From assembly GCA_043228905.1 (NCBI GenBank), contig JBHGNT010000017.1, positions 18,786,001 to 18,850,000 of the forward strand: DNA of 64,000 nt. The letters run 5' to 3'. Shown in pieces: positions 37,850 through 50,400 of the stretch. How positions within the stretch are numbered: position 1 is the stretch's first letter; the number at the start of each line of letters is the position of its first letter. Origin of the DNA: Azolla caroliniana. Taxonomy: Eukaryota > Plantae > Polypodiophyta. The notes under the pieces were generated by a model, which searched no databases, was not told the DNA's origin, and worked only from the letters and a program-made list of their open reading frames with translations. The position numbers and the translations under genes were made by a program.

Positions 37850-40450
37850 AAACATAAACTAGACTTCACGCATTGTATAACCTTCACAATTCGAACACAC
37901 TATATCAATAAAAGCCACATAGTTTCACTTGACGATGGCCCTCTTTTTGCATTGGCATCCCTTACAACACCATATGGGCCTAATGTCATGGATGACATAA
38001 GTTCTTTATATTGACGAGACATAAGTAGGAACATCACATTTAGTTCATCCAATATCTTTTGAATATGATGTTTATAGTATGGCAGCATGGGTTTAGGCTT
38101 GTCATTATTGTGACTACTCATATCCATACCAAATTGTTGCACGTGTAAAGCATCTCTATTTATAAAATGCCATGTTTGTCTTCTATTTCCAAACACCCAA
38201 CCTGTGCGCATTTCAAATATCGGAACAAATACATTGATCCGTCGACAACTATCATGTCTCAAGAAAGCTATATTGTCATGTGTCATGGTTGTCATCATTA
38301 GCAAACAATAGACTTTCAGAGCAAAACTTCATATGTAAGAATAAAGAACGAATAAGCCCTTAATGACAATGAAAGGACACTCAATAGACGTCCTTTACAA
38401 AGATATGGTTTCCCTAAAGCCTTAAAGAATGAATAAGCCCTCGATGATGATAAAAAGACACCCTATAAACCTCCTTTACAAATATATGTTTTCCATAAGG
38501 CCTTTTCAAACTTGTTTTCGACAAACAATCCTCTCATTTGAGTTTAAATTTAAACCTAGTTCTTGCAAAATTTATCTATATTTATCGTAGAAACGAGATC
38601 ATCGTATTTAACCTCCACAACAATATTGATCTATAGAAGGTTATTTCTTAGAATAGCACGACAAGTGTGCACATCTAAACACCTATTGATAGGGACAATC
38701 TAGTTCAACTCCTATATATTCAAGTCGAGCTTCCTTGTTTCTTGCGTAATGCCCAAGCAATACACAAAGTTGGTTATGTATCATCCACATTTTGATTCAT
38801 CCCCAAAGGTACCTAACGAGATCGGTAATGTGTGATTGTATTGATATAATGTGAAGATCACCAGGCCATGTGACACGTTAGATGATCAACATCCTAGTCC
38901 ATTTCATTTGGTTGATGGACCTAGTTATGAAGTTGAAGTTTTTTTTACTCCAACATCATGCATAATGAATTATATTGCCTCACAAATTTGTTGGTTTAAA
39001 CACATCATTATTGAACTTGGGAACTTGCAAAGAGTCTTGTCAATGGTTTAGTTCTCATACCAAAGTTATGTCGTATTATGATAAGATAGGTTTTAGTTCA
39101 CATATTGCAACTTATGGAGTTCATTGTCATAAGAGGGGGATGATATCACGATCATACAATATGTCATATATCCCTTAGCGGAATTGAATTCATGACTACC
39201 TTGACACACTATATCAATATTGTAGCATTATGCATGATAGTTGAATGGTAAGCATGAGTTAACATTAGGTGACGAGCATGCACAACACTTGGTGATGATA
39301 TATATTATAATGAAGCTCCAATATTGCAAACCCATTATAGTTCATTGTTTGGGCCAATGTGTTAGAACATGATATTAACATTGTTGTAGTTCTTATGTGA
39401 AGAAAACAAATATTTTATTTTTCCCATTGTCTATTTATCATTGTTTGACCTTTAGCCTTCAAAGAGGCAAGAGAGGAGAGTGTAGGGCGAGAAACAAGAG
39501 AGCAAGACAACGTCATGAGATGGATGTTGAAATAACAACTAGCAAGAAAAATAAAACAATCAATTAATCAACATCTATGATTGGGATTGATTGGCTTGAG
39601 ATCAACCATGGGGAAAACACTCCCTTTTTATATAGTACAGAGGTATGACCTTTCCTTTTTCTTAAAATTAAACTAGCTAGAAATTGTGAGCATGAACTAT
39701 GTTTCATTTCCTTAAAACAAAGAACATCGAAAAACAAAGTGCTCACACCATCTACTCGATGGTAGTCACACAACTCCTTATGCATTAGGGGAAAGCATCT
39801 TATGACGTGACCATCAAAGTGTTCCTCACAACTTCCATTATAAGAGTAGTTTTCCCTAAGCTTTGGTTCACCTCTTGAAAGTAAGCAATTTTATAATAGT
39901 TCTATAAGGGTGAGAACAAAATAGAAAGGTGTTCTTGGATTTTGATCCTCTGACACATTATAAACATTGAGAGGTGATGTTCCTGGGGAATTTGCAAGAA
40001 CTAGGTTTAAATACGATGATCTCGTTTACATATAGATAAATATTGTTGTGGAGGTGCACATTTATGATTGGGCATATTTTCTCTTTCCATCATTCATGGC
40101 CTTCAAAAGGTTATGCCATATTTGTAAGCTAAATGATGAAGGTTGTGTTCCTCGCCATCTTTCCTTTATCCTCCCATTGTTTCCAAACCATAAATTACCA
40201 TGTTTATCCTCCCATTGCTACTTCACTTCCATCTCATTGTGTACATCCTTTCCACCATTTATGGAATTTCCAACCTCAATCTATGATCTTGTCCAACACT
40301 TAATCCCACACTTGACATACTTCTATTTCTATATTTGGCAAGATTCATGATTATTTCACTTGCTAGTATCATTCCTTTTCTAAGTGATAATTGCTTGGAT
40401 CCTATACTTTATTGCCTTTAAATCAAGATGCCAATACTTTAAAACTTGAC
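37850..40450 (-). mobile_element. Possible highly degraded Mutator-like transposase remnant
   Basis: Only weak, broken coding-like fragments (ORF 37900-38304; an MW...H..ET-like stretch ~38720-38790); no TIRs identified. Confidence 0.25.
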
Positions 40451-40598
40451 AATCACTATGAACTTGATGCGAAAGGAGAACAAAAACATAAACAAGCTTT
40501 CAATTGTTGTAGTACTTGAGCATAAAGTACATGACTTTACGATATGCTATGTGCATGATAGTCCTCATTGGACAAGGACACTTTATAAAGAAATTGAG

Positions 40599-40630
<32 letters not shown>

Positions 40631-41515
40631 TTACGTAAATGGATTAGAAGGGTTATGCATTGCAGAGAAGAGAAGAGGAATCTCTAAATCTTCAAAGGCT
40701 CTAGAGCTAGTATCAAAAAGACATATGACCAAAGGTATTTATTTACACAACAAAAGCATGTTTTATTTGAAGACGCAAGTCATAATGTCGTCATGTCCAG
40801 AATATTCTAAAAGCACATAAAGAAGCATAAAGCTTAATGCCCACTACACATAACATTTTAGTTTCGTTAGTTTGTTGGCTAATGAGAGCTCAAATCACAT
40901 GTTTGCAAATGAGGTATTATTATGGTTTGAATACAAGTGATGAAATGCGACATTGTTATGTTATGAACACAAATTATGAAGTGTGTACAATAGGTTTAGT
41001 TCACATGAAACAATAGGCGATTCGTGATGCGGATTGTATTCCTCGCAATATTGTTACAATTAAATAACCATACATCATGCATGCTCACATGCATTTTACA
41101 TTATCAACATAAGTGCCATACATCATGATTCATGACATCGAGATGGAAGTGAAGTAGGAATGGGAGGATAAAGGAAACAATGGGAGCATTGTTTCCAAAC
41201 CGTAAATTACCATGAGGTGGAAAGGGTGTACATTTGAAGAAGCTCACGAGACTCGAGTATATGTCGACAACTAACATTTGTGCATGCAGTAGCCTGACCA
41301 ACGGGGTCGTCAAAGTCCCCTCCCTTCTTCCCCAAAAGCCATCAAGAGAGAGAGAGAGATGATGCAAAGAAGGAAAGAGAGAAAGAGCAACACTTGAAAA
41401 GAAGCACGAGAAATAATTCCTTCATTTTCCTTCTAACGATGAAAAGGAAAGAGCTCCATCAAAAATTAAAATCTTGATTTCATACCGTTCATGCCTAGGC
41501 CCCACCCCCACAACA

Positions 41516-41605
41516 CATACATACATATCTTGTACGTATATGTATACGTATGCATACGTATATACGTATATACGTATACATACGTATATATATACATATA
41601 CGTAC
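41516..41605. repeat. TATACG/ACGTAT low-complexity repeat upstream of the glucanase
   Basis: Repeated palindromic TACGTA/TATACG units. Confidence 0.75.
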
Positions 41606-41958
41606 ACATCTCATACTGTCGCGTCGCCTCCACTTCTGCGTCGTCTTCTTTCTGTTACAGTTTCTTTCTTTTTTCTTCTTTCTTTGCCTGCCATCGGATC
41701 ATCAGACGCGCTCATGCTGTCACCTGACTCCGTGCTTGCTTACTACACACACCCAAGAAGACGAAGACGAAGACGAAGACGAAGAAGCCCTGATTTCATG
41801 TCCTGATCTGCTCAGTATATCCATCCATTTTAAGGAGGAGGAGGAGGAACCGCAAGGCAAGCTCTGGCTACAGAGCAGGACTAGTTAGTTAGTTTAGTTG
41901 GTTGAGTTAGTTAAGTTAGTTACTGGAAGGAGAGCTGGATAGTCCGTCTCCACACGAC

Positions 41959-44040
41959 ATGGTGGTCTTCCACAGAAGGTTCATGGATCGTAACGCGAAT
42001 GGATACTGTATGTGTTTGTTGCTGTGGCTGTGGGTGTGCTTGATGATGGCAGTTTCCAAGGACATGGATATGGTGGTGATGGTGCAGAGCTTGGGGGTGA
42101 ACTGGGGCACACAGGCGTCTCACAAGATGGCCCCATCCTCGGTGGTGCAGATGCTCAAGGACAATAACATAAAGAAGGTGAAGCTTTTCGATTCCGATGC
42201 AGATACTCTGCGGGCACTTGCAGGGAGCGGGATCGAGGTCATGGTCGCCATTCCCAACAACCTCCTCAGAGCCATGACCGATTCCGACCAGGCCGCTGCC
42301 TGGGTCCACAAGAATGTGGCCACCTACATCTTCCAAGGTGGCGTCAACATCAAGTAGGTACTGAATCATCAAGAGTTTTTTTTGCTGCCCATTCATGTAT
42401 CCTTCTGCCCTAGTACTTGGATTCTTGACAAGTTTTAGTTCTCGTGTTTCCATTTGTTAATAATCATCATCATCCCATGGATTCTTGACCCCAAGTTCTC
42501 TAATTTTTCACATGCCATTCTGTTTCCCTGTACATACATATATGGAAGCATGATCTCGTTGTTTAGTAGTCCTCCATGAAGTCTTGGACTATAAGTTTTT
42601 GGGTGAGTTGGTAGCAGCCGCAGCAGACAAGTAAATTAATGATTTTGCTTAAGAGTACTCTTTAGGGTTTGGATAGGTTCTGTTTGAGTTGATCAGTTTG
42701 TTGGACATATTCTTCTTCTTCTGGGTATTATTATATCGTGCCACATAAATATGCTTAAGAGTACATACTCCTTTAGGATCTTGATAGGTTTTTGTTAGCG
42801 TTGATCAGTTGGTTGCACATATTCTTCTTCTCCTGGGTATTATTGTATTGTGCCACATAAATATTGACTGTTTTTTTTTAGGTATGTGGCTGTGGGGAAT
42901 GAGCCTTTTCTGAGGACCTACAATGGAAGCTTCATCAGCCTAACCTTCCCTGCGCTTCGCAATATCCAGAACGCCCTCAACAATGCGAATCTCGGGGATG
43001 AGATCAAGGCCACTGTTCCATCCAATGCTGATGTCCTCTCAGATGCCCAATTGCCCTCCCAAGGAACCTTCCGTGCGGACATCTTCGAGCAAATGATGGA
43101 AATCGTCCAATTCCTACACCGGAATCGCTGCCCTTTCACCGTCAACATCTACCCGTTCATAAGCCTCTATGATAACCCGAATTTCCCAATTGATTATGCT
43201 TTTTTCGAAGGCACTGGGGTGAGTGTAGTTGATGGATTGAAGGTATACAAGAATGTGTTCGATGCAAGCTATGATACGCTTGTGGCTGCCCTTGAGAGTG
43301 CCGGTTTTGGGGACATGCCCATCATTGTGGGGGAGATAGGGTGGCCCACTGATGGCTTTGAGGAGGCCACACCCCACAATGCTCAAAGGTTCAACCAAGG
43401 CTTCCTGGATCATATCCAGAGCAATGCCGGCACGCCGAGCCGCCCCAACACTAATATCAACTTCTATCTCTTCAGCCTTCTAGATGAGGATCAAAAGAGC
43501 ATCGAACCAGGAAATTTCGAGCGGCATTGGGGTGTTTTTCAGTACAATGGAGTGGCCAAGTATCCTCTCTCGATCGTGGGATCCTCCTCTAACAACGGAG
43601 GCAAGCTTGTAAATGCACGTGGAGTTCAGTACCTTCAGCAAAGATGGTGCATTTTGGCTGAGAATGCTGCTAACCAGCTTTATTCCACAAATGTGGGCAA
43701 ATCGGTCACATTCGCGTGTACCTACTCAGATTGTACCTCCCTTGGCTATGGGAGCTCTTGCAATCCGTACCTTGATGCTAGAGGCAATGCGTCCTTTGCG
43801 TTTAACCAATACTTCCAGATCAATAGTCAGAAAGCTGGTAGTTGCTACTTTGATGGCCTTGCCTCTATCACATACAGCAATCCCTCAGTGGGAAGCTGTG
43901 AATTCATTGTACAGTTAGCAACCTCCTCCACTGGGATTAGGCCCGGCCCTTACAATTCACCTCTATTCTACGTCTCTCTATTATTGATGGCGATGTCACC
44001 ACTAACAAGGGGAGGGTGCCATAAAGCTCTCCATTATTGA
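41959..44040 (+). CDS. Glucan endo-1,3-beta-glucosidase (GH17 + X8/CBM43), probably GPI-anchored; exons 41959-42353 and 42882-44040
   Basis: Hydrophobic N-terminus; LGVNWGTQASH, KVKLFDSD, YVAVGNEPFL, IIVGEIGWPTDG, GNFERHWG; X8 cysteine pattern; hydrophobic tail. Start codon uncertain. Confidence 0.95.
42647..42864. repeat. ~105-110 bp direct duplication in the glucanase intron
   Basis: GCTTAAGAGTAC...GTTGATCAGTT...CTGGGTATTATT...GTGCCACATAAATAT occurs twice in tandem. Confidence 0.85.
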
Positions 44041-44628
44041 AACATATATTAAACACTATATATGTATATATGCACATTGGCATATGAGCTTTCAATTGGG
44101 ATATGCTACAGATAAAAAAATTTGACGTATGAGCGTTCAATTGGGCAATTTCATTTATTAGAATTGCTAACTTTGTTGCTATCTATACCCACCCCTCTTT
44201 TCTAAACCCCAAGTCCAAGAAAGAACGAGATTTGTCGGGCTCTCATTAACGTGTAAAAAAAGGAGAATTATGATATGATAATCTCCCCTTTTCTGTTATG
44301 ATATGTCATGCCTGCCCTAACTGATTCTTACCTGTCATTGCTTTGTCGCCTTAATGTATTGCCTAATAATGCACAGGCCATTCATTCATTGGTGCTTGTC
44401 ATGTGGGTAACACTTAATACTTTGTTCCACCCCCCATTGAATCCCTTCTATCCTATCCCCATCACATTAACAAACAAAGGGTTGTTTCCACTTTCCACCT
44501 TATAATACTCTCTCTTTATACCTCCCCCATCTTTTGAAATGGAATTTTAGAAAAGTGACAATAATTGTGCCTCAAAAGTTTTTGGATGGAATTTAGGCCC
44601 AACAAAAAAAGGTAACAATTTTTTATGG

Positions 44629-44653
44629 CCGAGTTTCAAGACGGGTCGAATGG
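44629..44653 (-). other. 25-nt fragment matching 25S/26S rRNA (LR3/NL4 region)
   Basis: CCGAGTTTCAAGACGGGTCGAATGG vs recalled plant LSU antisense CCGTGTTTCAAGACGGGTCGAATGG; flanks unrelated. Confidence 0.6.
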
Positions 44654-46288
44654 AATGCCTAGAGATCGTACTATTCGTCCTTGGGAAATGTTAATGATTC
44701 GATGATTATGCACACAGCTAACATGTTCTCGTACTTGTGATTATCTTTACCTCTCTTTTTTGCAAAAGGAGTGTTGAGGTGAGTGATAACCATCCAAGAT
44801 TAAATAACATTTGCTTTGTCTTCATGAAATCAATGTCGAACGCGTCACCTGTATCACGATGTCCAAAGGCAATATTTTCATATTCTACTATAATATGTAT
44901 AATGTAGGTGTAATGCCTTATTGAAATTGTAAAAGACATGAAAGCCAAAGGGAAGTCCTTGCAATATAATGGTCTTGTATAACATCCCCATGGAGTTAGC
45001 CAGACCTGAACGAAAACACATGGATAAATCTCTAAAATTGATAAAGAGATTTCACATCCATGTGGAGCAAGCTTGATTGGGGTTCTCAATGGTCAGAGGG
45101 TTTGAAAGAAGCTCAATCATTAGTATGAATTTGGCATTTGTGGATTAGGCTTGGGCAACATGCTAATAATTTTTAATTGCATGCATTATCTCATGCACCT
45201 TCTAAATGCATTTGGAAAAATATTTTTAAGTGAGCTTCACGGTTGCTTATGGAGTATATCCAGAAGTGTTCATCTTGACTTCTCAAGGATTTGCTATAAA
45301 TTAATATTTAAAAGTTCTTTTGAGAATAAGGATAATTCAAATGGGTAAACAACATTATTTGGATCCCTTTGCATCTTTGGCAACAATGGTTGTTTTCAAA
45401 TGGGATTTTTATGTTACACGAGTATTCAATCTTTCATTGAGTTGATATGAAGTAGGAAGCATTATTTACATCTTATGTATTCTTAAAACCTTTTAATTTA
45501 AAAGACATCGTAAAGAATATGCATCCGATCAATACTGAAAATTTAATAGATGTTTTTATATTTTCGTTGAATTCTATGTACCGGAATATTACTTTTGTTA
45601 TCCAACGGTAATTTGGTAAGGCATTTACAATATTTTAGTATGCCTTTTAGCAAAGCAATGTGTATTAAACTGGATGGAAGATATAATTTACTTTTTGAGC
45701 CTTATCTATATGACATTAATGCGAAAAGAAAACTATGATTGATTGTTTTCCACACAACTATGATACTTGGGCACAATTGCCTTTATGCATGCAAAGGAAA
45801 ACTTAAGCTCAATTGTGTTTCCATTCAACTTATTTAATGTTATCTAAAGTAGGCACTTTCTCTTTCATATTACTAGTGGGTAGACCATGTGGTGTTAACT
45901 TTACCCCATGAGTGACTCTATCTATATGTTAACCAAGGACGATAATGCATCATCATCATCTCTCTTTAAGTTATTAACCTATGGATGTTGGCCCGTTTAA
46001 ATATGCCAAACGCTACAACTTTTTCCTCGATATGGATTAATTCAACAATGCAATTATCCTCAATACAGATGGTAAACATGGTGACCATATGCAAAACATG
46101 GACAAGTCAAATGTCTACAAGATGTAAAGATCAACAAAGATTTGGGATTTCTACATTGCCAAAAAGGGGAGGATCAACATTAGGATGTGATATGCAGCAT
46201 ACAAACAGTTTCATGGGATGTGTATTTTCAAAACATATTTGTCTACGAAAAAATTCTAAGTTGTCCACTAACATTCTAAATTTATTTG

Positions 46289-47355
46289 TTTTTTTTTTTT
46301 TTTTTTTTTTTTTCAAAGTAAAGCTACTTTCCCATTAGTTAGGAAGGATTATTACATAGAGTCTATAAGGAGATTTATACACACATCGGGGAGACTTCCT
46401 CCGATCAAGCCAAAGAAGATGAGCCACTTACATTGCCTTGCGGCCTAACTTAATGTAAGAAGCTACCTATATCCAAGGCAATGCCCTTCAATGTGGCCTC
46501 GTACGAGTCGGCTCTTGGGGCCTACACCGAAAAGAGGGTGGCAGGTGAATAGGAAACAACCAACGTGGGGGCTGGTAGTTCCACCTCGGGCCACTCCCGC
46601 CTTGCATCACCATAGGTGTGTTCCGCCATTTCTGCCAAAAGCGCAAACGGGCAGTGGTCACGTCGTTGGAGTGGCTGCAGATCTCTTCTAGTTGCCCTCG
46701 TAGGCAGCTGATAAGCGCGAACCATATGTCCATGATCACTTCCTCCGGGGGGCGTACCGTACCTTGGAAGACCTTGAGGCAACGCGCTTTCCATATATAC
46801 CACAAGGTGAAACCTGCGATCAACAACCAGATTTCCGGAAACCTAGGGGATGCGGGCTACAAGCCTCTTTCAAAACGGATCTTGACGATTTTGCCTCTCG
46901 TGCATACATAGCACCAACTATCCGCATTGACGACGTCCGTCCACCCTTCGACCGAGTGATCAATCCATGCCGCAGCGCTCCACGAGGCTGTTCCTTCAAC
47001 GTCACATGCCACAAGGAGGCGAGTCACTCTATCCCATATCTTTTGAGCTTGAGGGCAATCCCACAAACAATGTCTCAGAGACTCATTAGGTAGAGAGCAC
47101 AGTGGGCAGCCTAACGGGCCGCCCCGTTTATCTAACCATTCGCCAACGGGCACCACATTATGACCGATCTGCCACCAAAAGAGCTTGATCTTTTCAGGCA
47201 TGTGGAGACGCCAAAGACCCTTCCAAAAGGCAATGAGCGCCTCATCGGGGATGCCCAATGTTCGCCAGCCGTTGCGAAGGGGGCCGCCTCGCTGCAGTTG
47301 CAAAGTCCGACCCAATTTAGTGGTGTAATCGAAGAAGCTATCAAGAAGCTAATAT
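46289..47355 (-). mobile_element. 5'-truncated L1-like LINE with poly(A) tail
   Basis: zf-RVT motif FWKGLWRLHMPEKIKLFWW...CPLC...ESLRHCLWDC and LWYIWKARC; one frameshift; poly-T run 46289-46313 on +; GC-rich island in AT-rich flanks. Confidence 0.9.
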
Positions 47356-48932
47356 AAGTCATTTTCATAAATGTAAACATTATTATAAATTTTTTTATGT
47401 TAGTTCTTCATTGATTTTATAAACCGTAAATCGTAAGAAATGTAAAATTTACTCAAAAACCTCATAACATTACATAAAGATGATATAATCCAATCTTAAC
47501 AACATATTGTCACTGATAAGAAACTTCTATTCTTTATATCCTTCCAAGCTTCAAAGCAGTCTTTCCACATGACCTCTTCAAAATCGATCTCTTTTCATTC
47601 GAGAAAACGGCATGTAACTTATAATAAAAATGTGTCAAATAACACCAAATTTAGGCAAAACTTCTAAAAGGCAAGAAGGTTTACAATTCAACATCCATGT
47701 TATCCATTGTTTAATTCTAAGCATTGGTGAGCCATAAAGCAACAAGTAATGTGTATTGATGCAATTCTAACATTTATCTAATATATGTACACACACGTGT
47801 ATGTGTAAAGAATTAGTTTGGATGAGGGGAGTAGTATTGTAACTTGAAGATTAGTTCGTGTAAGTTAACTATAACTTAGAGACTAATTAGGGATAAAGAC
47901 ATGAACATACACATAATAATGGAATACATTTACGATAGTAGAAATGGATCGACAAAAAGAAGAAGTTATGAGGGTTATACTTGGCTTTCATATTGTGAAG
48001 GATGACCTCTTCAGTGTCTTCCGTTCTGTTGTGGTATATACAGAACCATGCCACACCTTGGGGAAGCATCTTGCACAATGTGGAGGTATACATATAACCA
48101 CACTCATCTCTCCTAATGGCTACCGAATAAAATAATGCAAGCCACACATTGGGTGAGCGCAAAGCATGTTAAATGGGAGAAAGTGATGACCGAAATGAAT
48201 TGACAAAAGGAGGAAGAAATTGAAATCATTTTAATGAGTTGTGGAAAGTTGGAAAACCATATAGAAACTAACCACCCCCGCACTAAATAATACCCCCACC
48301 TGCCCCACTTTCACCCACAAAACGCAACCTGCACCCTCACCAATAAAGAGGTTGCTAAAGTGAAGGCTTGTGTGACCATCTTAGCCAAACGTGTATGAAT
48401 GACCACCAACCAATTCGTATAGCAATTGAGCAAAATGTTTGTAGCTGCATAAGCCTTCATACTACCTTGAAAAACGAAAAAAATTATGAGGTGTAGGAAT
48501 CCAAGGATCACCCCACCATATGCCAACATCAAAACAACAAACACAAAGTGTTGATGATGTTTGACACTTTTACAATAGACTTGAAGAAGGCATTTGACTA
48601 TCTTTAAAGATTTTTCACTACGAAAGTATTTAGCATAACAAATACTTGGCGTGGTTGAGAACTTTCAAAGAAAAGTCCGAGGAGCACCTACAACATATAA
48701 TGATCCTTATGGAGGAATGTATTAAGCCATCGAGGAACAAATCTAAATGACATAGATGTGGATACAAACATTGTAGGTCCCCCCTCAACACCACCACTCA
48801 ATCTATGGTTGTTACTAATCAGTGCACCACAATAGCCATTCCACAACTGAAAGACACAACCACATCTTTAATATTGTTGGAGAATTAACATGTGAAAACA
48901 ACTAGTGCATCCGTGCACTCATCTATATCAGG

Positions 48933-50400
48933 TGTAAAGAATCAGGAGTGATTTTGTGCAACGGAAGAGATGTGCGTGTGTGTGTATGTGTGTGTGTGTG
49001 AGAGAAGACAATGTATACATAAAACAAGAAAACTATATTAACAAGAAGCAAGAATGAACCAACAACCATTACAAAGAGAAGGAGAAGATACTTATGGAGT
49101 CACCTTCTTTGTAAGTTCTCTCACTAGAATCGTCTCTTGTGAAAGAAGTGGAGTTTTAACTATTTATGAAATATGTGTCATAGGACTTAAAGTTCTATGA
49201 CACACTAGTTACTATGTACTAGGAGGTGGGGTGTTCACATGCTTGCGATACTAAGGTGTGTTCCCACACTAGGGAAGTTGAGTTTGATTCTCAACACGCC
49301 CCCTCAAACACAACTTCCAATCGCCGGATAGTTGGTTCGGATTGGTCTGGTTTCGACTTCGGCTATGGATGGCCGGCTCACTCTTGTGTTCGTTTTGGTT
49401 CGTTCAACTTCGTGTCGAATGGCTCCTTATCCTTACTCCCTCTCAAGCTTGCTAATTAGTGATCAAAAGACCGAGGTTCGCCATGAACTGTTGCAGTTTG
49501 TTAACTCCTAGGGCCTTCATGAAGATGTCGGCTGTTTGCAGATTCGTACTGATGTGTTGCAAGTTGACATCTCCAGCCAGGACATGATCTCGGATGAAGT
49601 GATAATGCACCTCAATGTGCTTTGTCTGAGCGTGAAAGACTGGATTCCGAGCCAGATGAATACTGCTCATATTGTTACAATAATGGAGAATTGGATCCAT
49701 GATGGGAACACCGATCCTTCAAGATTGTTTTGTGCCAAATGGCTTCGCATGTGGCGACAGCCAGACCCCTGTCTTCGGCTTCTGTGCTCGGCAGTGCGAG
49801 TGTTAGTTGCTTCTTGCTACTCCAAGATATGGCTTTGCTGCCGAGGGAGAAGATGAAGCCCAATGTGGATCGTGTCGGCTTTGTAGCTGGCCTAATCGAC
49901 ATCGGTGTACCCTTCGAGTCGAATCGGTGTGCCAATTGTAGAGGACGTCGTAATCTATGGTTCCACTCACATAGAGTAACACTTGCTTAGCATAGTCCAT
50001 GTGAATGTTTCATGGTGACTGCATAAACTGGCTAAGGAGGCCGACTGGGTAACCGAGGTTGGGTCGAGTAATGACGAGGTAGATTAGGTTTCCGACTAGT
50101 TGACAATAGAAAGTCGGCTCACACTCTTCTATGCTGGAATCAACATCTAGCTTTAGATTTCGATCGAGAGGGGTAGCGATAGGCTTACACTTTGTCATCC
50201 CAAGCTTGTAAAGAAGATTAAGGATATAGTGTCGTTGGGTGATCATGATCTCGTTTGGAGTTCGAATAACTTCTATTCCTAGGAAGTAATGGAGATCCTT
50301 CATGTCTTTCATTTCGAAATGCTTTTTGATATGATCAATATCTACTAAATGCTCTTTTCCAATGACCAAGTCATCCTCATATATTACGATAAGTACATGT
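48933..50400 (-). mobile_element. Partial degraded Ty1/copia (3' LTR plus RT/RNase H)
   Basis: LTR 48933-49296 (TG...CA) adjacent to PPT TGAGGGGGCG; FEMKDMKDLHYFLGIEV, ISWSSKKQ, NPVFHAQTKHIEVHYHFIRD. Confidence 0.85.
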
